Below, one piece after another: positions 1-10,120 of a stretch of DNA of 64,000 bases. The position numbers and the translations under genes are program-made. The stretch's first letter is position 1. Each line of letters starts with the position of its first letter. This DNA is from a bacterium (GTDB lineage: Bacteria > Hinthialibacterota > Hinthialibacteria > Hinthialibacterales > Hinthialibacteraceae), in contig CAXXMV010000002.1 of the NCBI GenBank assembly GCA_963662285.2, forward strand, positions 768,001-832,000, written 5' to 3'. A model generated the notes under the pieces. That model made no database searches, was not told the DNA's origin, and was given only the letters and a program-made list of their open reading frames with translations.

Positions 1-2868
1 TGGATAATTCTGCTCTTGTATACTATTGATTGTACGCTCTATAAAATCCGCCTGGTTATAGGATGGTGTTACAATTGATATTTTTGGAAAAGATATAAGT
101 TTTTTAATCTTATTATATTTTGAAGGAACATGGATTGATTTTGGAGAATATTGATAAAAAACTCCTAAGCGGGGAGAAAGCCACATTTTTAATCTCTCCA
201 TTAAATGCCAGCGGCGATAGGCATCCAGGGCACGTGCTTGCTCTTCGATCACACTCAACCGGGCATCACATGTTAATTGTAAAATACAAATTTCCTTCTC
301 ATTTAAACTCTTTATCTGATTTATTTGTCCTTTTAATAATTCAATTGAAGATAAACGCTCGTTATCCAATTCATTTAGAGAAGATATTTGATCCTTATAT
401 AAAGAAGAAGACGCTTCAAGTTGTTCTTCTCTGTCTTTTATCTGCTGTAGGAGCAAATCTTTCTCACTTTGCTCAGTCAATAAACGATCTAGTGTCTGGG
501 CTTGTTCCTGTAGCGATTCTCCCAAGGTAGATAAGGTTCCGGAAAGTTCTTCTCTCCCTTGTAAGGTCTTGACTTGAGAATTAAGTTCATGGATCAGATT
601 CAATCGTTCTTCCAGGGCAAGTTGTAGAGTCGCAAGTTCTGCATCTCTGCCTCTTATCTGCTGTAGGAGCATATCTTTCTCACTTTGCTCGGTCAATAAA
701 CGATCTAGCGTCTGGGCTTGTTCCTGTAAGGATTCTCCCAAGGTAGATAAGGTTCCAGAAAGTTCCTCTCTTCCTTGTAAAGTCTTGACTTGAGAATTAA
801 GTTCATTGATCAGATTCAATCGTTCTTCCAGAGCAAGTTGTAGAGTCGCAAGTTCTGCATCTCTGCCTGTTATCTGCTGTAGTAGCAAATCTTTCTCACT
901 TTGATCGGCCAATAAACGATCTAATGTCTGGGCTTGTTCCTGTAGCGATTCGCCCAAAGTGGATAAAGTTCTAGTAAGTTCATCTCTCCCTTGTAAGGTC
1001 TTGACTTGAGAATTAAGTTCATGGATCAGATTCAATCGTTCTTCCAGAGAGGTTTTTAATTTCTGGATTATATCTTGCTTTATCTTGTTGTCATCCAATA
1101 AAGAAATCATATAATCCAAAATGCACTCGTGAAAATGATTGTAATAGTTCATTAATTCAACAAAAACCATGTCATAAATCGAATTATGAATAAAGATAAC
1201 ATTTCCCCAGTCACCGCTAATTCGAAAGGTGTTATTAATTTGAATCGTTTCGAATTCGCCCCTCCGTTTTATCATAAAATAATTATCATATTCTCTCTCT
1301 TTCAAGATTGTAATCAAATCATCCAATTCCCATGGGCATTTTCCCATCTCATTTGGCATATCCTTCCAAAATTCTATCATGATCACATCGGCATGAATTG
1401 TTGCAGATCCTTTTATCACTTCAAGATCATTTCCTTCTGTATCAACCTTCATGATTCCGTACGATGGTTCAAGCAAACCATCCCGGACTAATGAATCTAT
1501 TGTTCGGCACTCCACTTCTATCTTACGGTTCCACTGGACGTTATTTTTGGATTCTTTTTTTATCAAACTGGCGTAGGGAGTTATTTCAGTACCATCTTCA
1601 TTCTCTGCTAGATATAAATTGGTTCTCGTATCAATGGAATGGATCGCATAAGGGAGACAACTGACAATTTTGTTGTTTTTGAATTGTTCATTAATAAATT
1701 GAAAATTAACAGGATTTGGTTCAATTGCAACAATTTTTTCCGGGCTACAAGTCAGAAATTTCTCAATAAAGGAACCTCTTTCAGATCCAATATCAATATA
1801 TTTTTTATTTTGAATTAGTTTTGCAAGTATCAAAAGTAATTCAATTTCTGTCTCTTGTTGATAAACAGTCGTTGACGTACTCTTTAGATCATCGATGTCA
1901 TCAAAAACATTTTTTTTATTGTTCATCTTTTCGAATCCCTCAATAACATGCAGTCTCTGCGTAGATACATTTTGATAAAATTCTGTCGTTTTCATTAATT
2001 CCGTAAATCCTTTAATATAATAAATCATTTTTTCTTTATCATTTATTATGGAAAGAGTGTTTCTTTTAGTTAATACACCGGCCATTGCCAAATAATTTCT
2101 ATTGTTACTATCTCTTTTATCATGTTTTTGGGTTGAACACCAAAACTCGTCTACATCTCTCCAAGTCAGGTTGCATAAATTTCTAATTAACAAATCTTTG
2201 TCTTCTATCAAAAAGAAATCATCTAATTGATCAAGAATAAATTTTATACTATTAGAGTGAAAAGGTTGATTTAAACTTCGAAATTTTTGAGACCAACACT
2301 GTAAATTATAATCACGGGGTGTACTCGGGGAAACATCGCAGGTAAAAATCAAATTTCCTCCTGGCTTGAGGACACGATATATTTCGCAAAAAGAAAGATA
2401 ATCATGCCCCGGGCATACATGTTCAAAAACACTCACGCTCGTTACAACATCGAATACATTGTCCTGAAAAGGCAGAAAAGTACAATTTGAATTTAAATAA
2501 AGTACATCTGAGTCTAACAGATCATTGATTCGATTATTATTAAGCGATTCAACAATTTCAAAATCATTGTCGAAAGCAATAACCGTATGATTATGCTTAG
2601 AGAAATAATTGCATAATGGTACGACGCCACTACCAACATCCAAAATGTTTAATTTTTTATCCTGCTCTATTTCTTTAACGAAATTAATTACAAAATTGTA
2701 CTCTAATTTTCTAATTGCCCATTTACAATATTGACGATACAACACGAAATCATTATGCATGTCAGCATCAAGGGGCATATCTGCCAACAAATCGATTAAT
2801 CTTAAAAAATCCTCACTCAGAATAACGTGTTTTTCATCAAAATTTGTGAATATTTGAAAATATTTCAT
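1..2868 (-). CDS. Multidomain glycan biosynthesis protein: class I SAM methyltransferase + FkbM-type methyltransferase + coiled coil + GT2 glycosyltransferase (3' end beyond window)
   Basis: Hand translation: open from ATG 2868 (in-frame TAA just upstream) to base 1, 956 codons, no stop; absent from the ORF track because it runs off the edge. Motifs: ILDVGSG...LPFQDNVFDVVTSVSVFEHV...RVLKPGG (MTase 11); YIDIGSERG, AIEPNP, MKVDTEGNDLEVIKG (FkbM); ISIVTPSYNQADFIERTINSIQEQNYP (GT2 start). Confidence 0.9.
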   Translation of the reverse strand, partial: MKYFQIFTNFDEKHVILSEDFLRLIDLLADMPLDADMHNDFVLYRQYCKWAIRKLEYNFVINFVKEIEQDKKLNILDVGSGVVPLCNYFSKHNHTVIAFDNDFEIVESLNNNRINDLLDSDVLYLNSNCTFLPFQDNVFDVVTSVSVFEHVCPGHDYLSFCEIYRVLKPGGNLIFTCDVSPSTPRDYNLQCWSQKFRSLNQPFHSNSIKFILDQLDDFFLIEDKDLLIRNLCNLTWRDVDEFWCSTQKHDKRDSNNRNYLAMAGVLTKRNTLSIINDKEKMIYYIKGFTELMKTTEFYQNVSTQRLHVIEGFEKMNNKKNVFDDIDDLKSTSTTVYQQETEIELLLILAKLIQNKKYIDIGSERGSFIEKFLTCSPEKIVAIEPNPVNFQFINEQFKNNKIVSCLPYAIHSIDTRTNLYLAENEDGTEITPYASLIKKESKNNVQWNRKIEVECRTIDSLVRDGLLEPSYGIMKVDTEGNDLEVIKGSATIHADVIMIEFWKDMPNEMGKCPWELDDLITILKEREYDNYFMIKRRGEFETIQINNTFRISGDWGNVIFIHNSIYDMVFVELMNYYNHFHECILDYMISLLDDNKIKQDIIQKLKTSLEERLNLIHELNSQVKTLQGRDELTRTLSTLGESLQEQAQTLDRLLADQSEKDLLLQQITGRDAELATLQLALEERLNLINELNSQVKTLQGREELSGTLSTLGESLQEQAQTLDRLLTEQSEKDMLLQQIRGRDAELATLQLALEERLNLIHELNSQVKTLQGREELSGTLSTLGESLQEQAQTLDRLLTEQSEKDLLLQQIKDREEQLEASSSLYKDQISSLNELDNERLSSIELLKGQINQIKSLNEKEICILQLTCDARLSVIEEQARALDAYRRWHLMERLKMWLSPRLGVFYQYSPKSIHVPSKYNKIKKLISFPKISIVTPSYNQADFIERTINSIQEQNYP
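430..1047 (-). repeat. Intragenic tandem repeat, 216 bp (72 aa) x about 2.8, coiled-coil
   Basis: GAGAATTAAGTTCAT recurs at 576, 792 and 1008 (period 216); unit LEERLNLIHELNSQVKTLQGR...AELATLQLA. Confidence 0.95.
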
Positions 2869-3265
2869 CTCTTATTTATATCCTATAAATTTCATTGCTT
2901 TCTATTGTTTCTCCCTAAAATTGATGCACCTCTTCAGGTATTTATCCCTTCCAATTGCATATTATTACCCAAAGGAAAATACAATAAAGCACTCCATCCA
3001 TCATAGACATTGTAAATTAATGAAAACGGATATTTTTTAAGCTATTCATGAGTATTAAAACACATTCTTCTTTTTCACAGGAAAATACATCACAATTGCC
3101 TGGCAATTATTTTGTTTTATTATCTTGATTAATCAATAACATTGTTCTATTTCTTTATCATCATAAATCGGATACCTTATAGTAGCCGAATACACGATAA
3201 TAACTGAAATATGTATTCCTAGATCGTGGGTATTAAGTTAACCAAACATATATTATCAGATACTA

Positions 3266-4651
3266 TCAATCTATTAAGTATTCTACTTTGCATGGCACGT
3301 TGAATGATCCAAAAAAAGGTGCACGATTTTTTGTGTAATCCCAATTAATTGTTATTGGACCTAATGAGGGAGTGGAAAATAAACGAATCCCTTTATTTAT
3401 CTCTCCACCGGTATCAGCTAAACCAGTGCTGACTAATAATGTATATTGTCCAGCCTCTAAACCTAATTCAATATCAATTGTACAGATTATACGTTCGTTT
3501 TTTTTCAAGACTGGAGGTATTAAATTTTTTGTGTAGGTTCCGCCGCAAAAAATCAAATGTGAAAATCGATTTCTCATATCAATTGATATGTAAGGTAAAT
3601 ATTCATCTAAATTGCTTTCACAAAGTACCTTGACAATTAAATGATCACACATCTGAAAATCTAGCGTAGATTCTCCATGAATATTCTGAAAAGAAACTCC
3701 TAGTATTTCTGCAGAAACTGGCTCATTTTCCTCTGAATTTGAAGAGTTTACCCATTGGCATTCAGATAGAAAATCGTTGAAATCTGTAGATTGAGGATAA
3801 ATAGTTGGTTGCGATTTTTGTGATGAATCGATAGTACACATTCTCTCAATATCTGTTTGCAACGTATAATATCTTCTAATTGCTTCGGAACTATCTCCAT
3901 AGAACAAAGCTTTACCTCTGTCCAAAAGTAAAGTTCTGCTGCAAAGTGTGCGAATAACATGCATATCATGAGAAACGATGATTAAAGTTGTTCCTTTGTC
4001 AGATATTTCCTGCATATGAGCAGCACATTTTTGTTGAAAAAAAATATCTCCAACACCAAGAGCTTCATCGATTATTAAAATATCTGGTTCTACAAATGAT
4101 TGCGTTGCATAAGCCAAGCGAGCCATCATTCCACTGGAATAGACTTTAACTGGTTGGTCAATAAAATCACCAATATCGGCAAAGGATACAATTTCATCGA
4201 ACTTTTTGCGCATTTCATCACGGCTAAATCCAAGCACGGCGCCCGAAAGGAACACATTCTCCCGACCAGTAAAATCTGGATTAAATCCACTTCCCAATTC
4301 AAGTAAAGATGCCACGCGTCCTTTTATAGTGTATAATCCAGAATTTGGTTGAAGAATTCCCGCAAGAATTTGTAGCAGGGTACTTTTTCCGGCGCCATTT
4401 CTCCCAATAATTCCAAATATTTCTCCTTTACAAATGTCAAAAGAGATATCTTTTAACGCCCAAAATTCTTTACCATATTTCTTGCCAAATCGTTTTAATA
4501 ATAAATCCTTTAATTGGTCTAAAGGGTGATCATATAGATTATACTTTTTGCTGATTTGTTTCACAAAAACAACCATTTCTGAGGAAATGCTGTGTCCTTC
4601 CGATAAAGAATGGCCTAATTCCTGTTTTTTCTCAGCAATACTACATAACAT
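3266..4651 (-). CDS. wzt: Polysaccharide ABC exporter ATPase Wzt with C-terminal carbohydrate-binding domain
   Basis: FWALKDISF, GRNGAGKST, SLLELGSGFNPDFTGREN, YSSGMMARL, DEALGVGD; about 180-aa C-terminal Wzt_C-like extension; start overlaps wzm stop. Confidence 0.93.
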   Translation of the reverse strand: MLCSIAEKKQELGHSLSEGHSISSEMVVFVKQISKKYNLYDHPLDQLKDLLLKRFGKKYGKEFWALKDISFDICKGEIFGIIGRNGAGKSTLLQILAGILQPNSGLYTIKGRVASLLELGSGFNPDFTGRENVFLSGAVLGFSRDEMRKKFDEIVSFADIGDFIDQPVKVYSSGMMARLAYATQSFVEPDILIIDEALGVGDIFFQQKCAAHMQEISDKGTTLIIVSHDMHVIRTLCSRTLLLDRGKALFYGDSSEAIRRYYTLQTDIERMCTIDSSQKSQPTIYPQSTDFNDFLSECQWVNSSNSEENEPVSAEILGVSFQNIHGESTLDFQMCDHLIVKVLCESNLDEYLPYISIDMRNRFSHLIFCGGTYTKNLIPPVLKKNERIICTIDIELGLEAGQYTLLVSTGLADTGGEINKGIRLFSTPSLGPITINWDYTKNRAPFFGSFNVPCKVEYLID

Positions 4652-5501
4652 TTGCAAATCCTTTTTTTGTTTTTAAAAACCAAATATAGCAAATCCAGGC
4701 ATATACAACAAGCAAAACTGTCCATCTGATCCATGGTATCCAGTAAATCCCATGATTCCAGAGAAGAATACTCCTGAAATCACTGATAACTACTGCGATT
4801 GGATTAAAATTGAGAAACCAACGATAGGATTCAGGAATGACAAGTTCTGAATAGACAATAGGACATAAGAAAAAAATAATTTGTGATCCAACGTCAGCCA
4901 CTTTGTCTATGTCTCGTATATAGACCCCAAGAGAAGCCAATAACCAACCCGTTCCTAAACATAAAAATATTAGCGGTACATAGGCTAATGGGAGCATATA
5001 TAACGTTGATGAGAAAGTGCCCAAGCTGATAGCCACTCCAATAATTAAGACAACTACACTTATCATAGAATGAATAATGGAAGAGCCCAACAAGACAACG
5101 GGAAGAATTTCCAACGGAAATACTACTTTTTTAACGTAATTTGGAACAGCCAGAATGCAATTTGGAGAACCTACCAGGATTTCAGAGAACACGTAAAAGG
5201 GTATCAAACCCGAAAAAATTGAAAATGCGAAATAAGGTAATCCAGGATCGGATTTAACCGGAACACCTTTGGGAGTTTGTAAGATAAAGGAGAAAACAAC
5301 AGTATATGTTGCAAGCATCAATAATGGAGTTAAAAGGGACCATAAAATACCCAAATAAGTACCTTTATAGCGTTTCGATGTTTCTCGAATTATTAATTGA
5401 AGAATTAAATCTCGCTTTGAAAGTAAATTATAAAAAGGAAAATATGTAATATTTTTCATGATAGTTGTAATTTTATACGGGATATACCGCTCATCCGCCA
5501 A
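4641..5501 (-). CDS. wzm: Polysaccharide ABC exporter permease Wzm (alternative ATG start at 5459)
   Basis: RYKGTYLGILWSLLTPLLML, VKKVVFPLEILP, LGVYIRD, PIVYS, FNP motifs; multiple TM helices. Confidence 0.93.
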   Translation of the reverse strand: MADERYIPYKITTIMKNITYFPFYNLLSKRDLILQLIIRETSKRYKGTYLGILWSLLTPLLMLATYTVVFSFILQTPKGVPVKSDPGLPYFAFSIFSGLIPFYVFSEILVGSPNCILAVPNYVKKVVFPLEILPVVLLGSSIIHSMISVVVLIIGVAISLGTFSSTLYMLPLAYVPLIFLCLGTGWLLASLGVYIRDIDKVADVGSQIIFFLCPIVYSELVIPESYRWFLNFNPIAVVISDFRSILLWNHGIYWIPWIRWTVLLVVYAWICYIWFLKTKKGFANVM

Positions 5502-5882
5502 TTGTTATGGATAAGTTTTTCTACAGATAAGTATTCTCGATATTAAATATCGCCAATAAACATGTAAATTAAGATGTAAATTTATATGAAAAGAGTTTCT
5601 CTTTATACTTTATCAAAATTATGATAATATATTCCCGTTGCATACTTTATTCAAGTAGAATCATTACTCAATATAATACTTTCATACAACATACTAGTAT
5701 TAACACTGATGTTCGCGACAAGTTCAATCATCAGAATTGGACAAAAGTTAAGATGATTGATTTACTTATATATACCACGATGTTATGAGCCATAATCTAA
5801 ATATTCATATGACGGTTATATTTTCCTGTTTTGAAAACTCAAGTTCCCCTCCTGTAAAATTTAGTTTCCAAAGGAGACTCTT

Positions 5883-8800
5883 CTAAAATAAACTCTTGCT
5901 AGAGGATTCGTTAATTTCCATGCTAACAGCCACCTCACTAATCCGCAGTGGAGAAATAGAAATCCGATTCAGTAGCATTTCAACCTCCTTACGCTGTTTT
6001 GGATCGCGTAGGATCAGTATCATATAACCACCACCACCTGCGCCAGTTAGAGAACACCCATAAACATAAGGTCTAATAACATCTATCATCTGGGTCACGT
6101 TATGTGGCTCGGCTCCACTGGCCATCTGTTTTTTTTGATCCCAGTAGGTATTCAAGCAGAATCCTACCCCTTCGAGATCTTCACTTTCAAGACACTCCTT
6201 CATATAGTAGGCATTGGCTGTGAGGTCTTCCACCAATCCAACAATTTCAGGATAGCGAGCATACCATCGGCGAATCACATTTTGGAGAAGATTGCGTGCT
6301 AATCGAGTTCTTCCAGTATATACAAGCAGGCAGTGTTTGTTTAATGCTTGGATCATCGCCTCAGAGAGATTCAATATATTATACTCAACCGTCAGCGGTA
6401 ATGAACCTGACGAGTGGGCAATCTTTACTCCTGGGATCAATCCACCGACTTGATCCTGCCAACCGCCCCCGGTTGTTAATAGTTGCTCCAATACCAAGAC
6501 TGCATGAATTAGAGAAATTTCATCGTAAACTACTCCAGTCACTCGTCCGAGTACATGCAAAAGACCTGCAGATAAAATGCTGCTGGTTCCCAATCCTGAA
6601 CCGGTAGGTAAACTTGACCATGTTTCTATCTCCAAACCGCCCCCGATCTCTTTTAGTTGTTCCTCAAGAGATTTTTTGGAATCAATATCAATAATCTGAG
6701 TTACGATCAAAGCAGCTTTGCACAACGCCGCCGGAGCCAGAGGCTGAGCATAATCCATAATCTCATCAAGGTTCCGACAAATCACTTGTGAGTTCTGCCC
6801 CAAATGGAACAGAAGTTTTGGCTCTTGAATCCGTCGTACCCTAACACCAATCGGTTTCTTTCCATCAAGAGTTACAGCCATATTGACAACAACACCGCCA
6901 TGTTCATACGTAATCGGGGGGGTATCAGACCAGCCTCCAGCAAGATCAATTCGAGCAGGGAGTTCAATCGTTACCCATTCATCAGAAGGCGCTGGAGTAG
7001 ACGACATGGTGCGAATCGGAACAGTTTGAACGGAATTTCGAATCAATACTTGAGCCGCTCCCTCATAGTGACGTGCTGCACGAATTAAGCGCTCAGGACT
7101 ATTAAGCCAGTGAATTCTTTCGCTTGCAAGAAACTGAACCGCCTGACAAATCTTGCCGCGTTCCAAAGCATTGAATCCAGATATCCAGTTCTGATTTCTC
7201 ATGGGGCCTGAGCGCAAACCTCCCTGATTATTAGCAAGAAGTGCTAGTGAATCAGCGATAGTCGAGAAAATTCGCGCGGCAACATCGGACTCCGATTCCA
7301 TAGCTAGAGAATCAAGACTCACAAGTATATCGGTCTGGCCCTCCATCACACACCGCTTCAAAAGCGGAAGAACAAATTCATGTTGTTCTCGACCCTGAAA
7401 ACAGTTTTCAATTAGATGCAAGTCAATCTTGTGTGACAAAGTCCGCCACCACGCAAACTCACTGACAGGATTGGCACGCTTTAGAATATCAAATAAAGAT
7501 AATTTTTTGGATGCCCTCCATTTTTTCAGTGTGGCGCTTGAGACCGGTTTCGGATTCTGCATCCACAGAACTGCATCGAGCCAGTCATCCTTTCGAAGAA
7601 CAGGAAAGAGTTTCGCTGTCCACAACGTCCGGGTCGATTCGAGAACCTCCGGCCAAATCTCTTCAGAGTTTAGGTCATGCCTCGTTAGAAATTGAGACCA
7701 TGGCTGGTTGGCAAACGTTGCCTTTTCATCCTTATAGTGTAATTTAATCGCATCATATACTCCATAAAGAATCACTACATTATTGAGATCTTCATGGTCA
7801 CAGGAAGAAAGCGAGATCTCTTTCAAAACAATATTCTTTTTGATGCAAATTCCGTAATAGGAACGAATGCCTGAACAGACTGCACCTTCGCAGACATGCC
7901 AGTTTCCTTTCAGTTCAGAATGCTCAATGACGGCGTACGGCTCGGCTTTTCCAACTCCAGTAAGTAGACTATTAATAATGACAGCATTCTCTTCCAGTTC
8001 GGGAGCCTCAACATGAGAACGAACATGCCGTTGAAATCCAAACAATTGGTGAAAATCAACGTTCTTTGTAAAGAGTTCAACATACTCTTTTGATGTCCCA
8101 ATATGAGCAAACTCGCCCTCATCAACGATAATAGCATGGAATGAAAGTTCGTGAAGATTCTCCCATAGTTTCTCTCTCGCCGCTCGAAGTGCGTTCAGAC
8201 TCGTGGCATCAGAAGGCATATTAAAATACTCAGTTTGATCGGTTCCCTGTACCAAGCAGACGAGAATATCTGAGTAGAGTTCGATTCTCAGAGGAAGCGC
8301 CCCATTATCCACACCGAGATAGGAGCAAGCATCTAACGGTGGAACTACGTTCAATGACAGCAGAATCCGCGTTGTCTCGGGGCAAAAATAAAGGATACCT
8401 GAATCTAAGAGGATGTTTCCATCTTCGAGTAACGACTGCTCAGTTAAGACCTCCAGTGAGGGTTTCTGATAGAATGCTTCGACTAAATTCTCATCTAAAG
8501 AGATTTTATAAACCCCGTGATCAGCAGCATAGGACACATCGGCAGGGATCGCAACACCAGTCACACCTCCTTGATTCCAGGAAAACTCTTTCTCCGGCAG
8601 ATAGAGAAGTACATCTCCGCTAGCAACAACCATTCCTGCTTCCACCAAGGTGGTCATGGTTGTGATCTGCTTCATCAGTAACAAAAAAGGCGAAGCCATT
8701 TCTCCCGGCTCAATTTCAAATGGAAAACTTGAGAAGGCTTTCCCCGTTACCAAACAGAGTGGAATCCTCTGGCTATCGCCACCAGAATGAATAATGAGAA

Positions 8801-9065
8801 TCTTCGATAAAAACAGAAGCTCAGGATCAATATAGGATAATCCTTTCCGTGCAGAGAGATATTCCGTCACCGTTAGCAAGGCGTTAAGCGTCGCTCCACC
8901 GCTACCGATACGTTCTGAAGAAGGATCGGGAACGGCAAGCACAATAGTTTGCTCAGCGATCAATCCTTTCTGCTGAAGACGATTCATTTCTTGCTGATAA
9001 CTCTGTGCTTGAGTAGGACTGGTTGCGGTAACAACAATTGCAGACCAAGGTATAAGTTTACTCAT
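5883..9065 (-). CDS. fkp: L-fucokinase / fucose-1-phosphate guanylyltransferase (Fkp/FUK family)
   Basis: N-terminal DP..RIGSGGAT and IIHSGGDSQRIP; C-terminal GHMP kinase motifs PARIDLAGGWSDTPP, LPTGSGLGTSS, GGGWQDQVGG, GAGGGG. Start set at ATG 9065 (MSKLIPWS). Confidence 0.9.
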   Translation of the reverse strand: MSKLIPWSAIVVTATSPTQAQSYQQEMNRLQQKGLIAEQTIVLAVPDPSSERIGSGGATLNALLTVTEYLSARKGLSYIDPELLFLSKILIIHSGGDSQRIPLCLVTGKAFSSFPFEIEPGEMASPFLLLMKQITTMTTLVEAGMVVASGDVLLYLPEKEFSWNQGGVTGVAIPADVSYAADHGVYKISLDENLVEAFYQKPSLEVLTEQSLLEDGNILLDSGILYFCPETTRILLSLNVVPPLDACSYLGVDNGALPLRIELYSDILVCLVQGTDQTEYFNMPSDATSLNALRAAREKLWENLHELSFHAIIVDEGEFAHIGTSKEYVELFTKNVDFHQLFGFQRHVRSHVEAPELEENAVIINSLLTGVGKAEPYAVIEHSELKGNWHVCEGAVCSGIRSYYGICIKKNIVLKEISLSSCDHEDLNNVVILYGVYDAIKLHYKDEKATFANQPWSQFLTRHDLNSEEIWPEVLESTRTLWTAKLFPVLRKDDWLDAVLWMQNPKPVSSATLKKWRASKKLSLFDILKRANPVSEFAWWRTLSHKIDLHLIENCFQGREQHEFVLPLLKRCVMEGQTDILVSLDSLAMESESDVAARIFSTIADSLALLANNQGGLRSGPMRNQNWISGFNALERGKICQAVQFLASERIHWLNSPERLIRAARHYEGAAQVLIRNSVQTVPIRTMSSTPAPSDEWVTIELPARIDLAGGWSDTPPITYEHGGVVVNMAVTLDGKKPIGVRVRRIQEPKLLFHLGQNSQVICRNLDEIMDYAQPLAPAALCKAALIVTQIIDIDSKKSLEEQLKEIGGGLEIETWSSLPTGSGLGTSSILSAGLLHVLGRVTGVVYDEISLIHAVLVLEQLLTTGGGWQDQVGGLIPGVKIAHSSGSLPLTVEYNILNLSEAMIQALNKHCLLVYTGRTRLARNLLQNVIRRWYARYPEIVGLVEDLTANAYYMKECLESEDLEGVGFCLNTYWDQKKQMASGAEPHNVTQMIDVIRPYVYGCSLTGAGGGGYMILILRDPKQRKEVEMLLNRISISPLRISEVAVSMEINESSSKSLF

Positions 9066-9156
9066 TTTTTCTCTCACTCTAGTATCTTGTACTGATTTAC
9101 GTTGGAACCTGCGTATTCCGGTTGTACAACAACTGAATATTGCAGATTGATTAAGT

Positions 9157-9609
9157 TTATTCTCTATCTTGATCAGAACTGTCATCAAGGTTGTTTATCA
9201 TTTCTTCAATCTGGTTGCCAGCCGTATCAAAATATTGTCGCAAAACAGAGAGTTGCTCCGATCTCTTCAAGGTTACAAATCCCCCCAAAGCCGCCCGGAT
9301 GAGGATATCCGCGCCTATTCCTGTATCGGTCTCAATTTGTTGTAGTTTCTCTTCGATATCCTGCGGGACTTTTGATCCATTGGATTGTTGAACAGGTGCG
9401 CTATTTTCTCCGCCTGGGCCTTTCTGAAATTCCTCCAGGGTAATGTTTAATGCCTTCGATAATAGCCTTAATTTCTTATAATCTGGGCTTGTATGCCCTT
9501 TTTCCCAATTATTTATCGTTTTTAGCGATATACCCGTAACCTTACTTAACTCACCCTGCGTCAAGTGTTTATGCTCTCTCCAAACTTTCACTAATAAATT
9601 ATTTTTCAT
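9157..9609 (-). CDS. XRE/CI-like helix-turn-helix repressor
   Basis: WREHKHLTQGELSKVTGISLKTINNWEKGHTSP is a canonical HTH_3; start ATG 9609. Confidence 0.85.
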   Translation of the reverse strand: MKNNLLVKVWREHKHLTQGELSKVTGISLKTINNWEKGHTSPDYKKLRLLSKALNITLEEFQKGPGGENSAPVQQSNGSKVPQDIEEKLQQIETDTGIGADILIRAALGGFVTLKRSEQLSVLRQYFDTAGNQIEEMINNLDDSSDQDRE

Positions 9610-9625
9610 TTTTACCAAAATCTTC

Positions 9626-9654
9626 TTGAAATGTAAGTAGTATTTGTGTAATAT
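9626..9654 (+). promoter_or_regulatory. Putative sigma70 promoter, divergent from the repressor
   Basis: TTGAAA (9626)-17 bp-TAATAT (9649), upstream of the 9754 ORF. Confidence 0.45.
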
Positions 9655-9753
9655 TATAGTAATATAAAAGTAAAATACCAGCAATAACTTAATGGATTCA
9701 AAATACTATCACATCAAAATCTGTGAACAAATCTTACAACAGGAGAATGGACA

Positions 9754-10098
9754 ATGTCTACGGTTACCACATTAGAGAATTACCATACAATCATTACGGC
9801 TATCGCTGTCACCAATTCAGCGATTCAACTGATTGATCAGTGCATGGCAAAGGCCGAAAGAAGAAGGATTACTCATCATGAAAACTTAAGTACGCTAGAT
9901 GACCAAAAAGAAAAAGCCCTCTAGAATCTTGAGAAATCTTTGATGTCTTCTAACAATGTGATAAAAGAAGAAGCCCTCAAACATATTGATAATCCATCGC
10001 CTCAACTACCTAATTCTATTGTAGATCAATCCGCTCAGCCAAAACAGGAATCTTCACCCGACGATATCAAGGAAGAGAATCTATTAATGCTTGCATAA
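9754..10098 (+). pseudogene. Small phage-like early gene interrupted by an in-frame TAG
   Basis: AGGAG RBS, ATG 9754, 56 codons, TAG at 9922-9924, then the same frame stays open to TAA 10096-10098. Confidence 0.55.
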
Positions 10099-10120
10099 CA
10101 ACCTAAGTGGAGGAAATACA

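Noticed and set aside
120-1664. Plus-strand ORFs 120..530, 1186..1491 and 1464..1664
   Set aside because: Antisense shadows of the long minus-strand methyltransferase/GT2 gene.
5883-5910. Fucokinase C-terminus ESSSKSLF as another instance of the sorting motif
   Set aside because: It lacks the [VI] and [WF] positions and the protein has no signal peptide.
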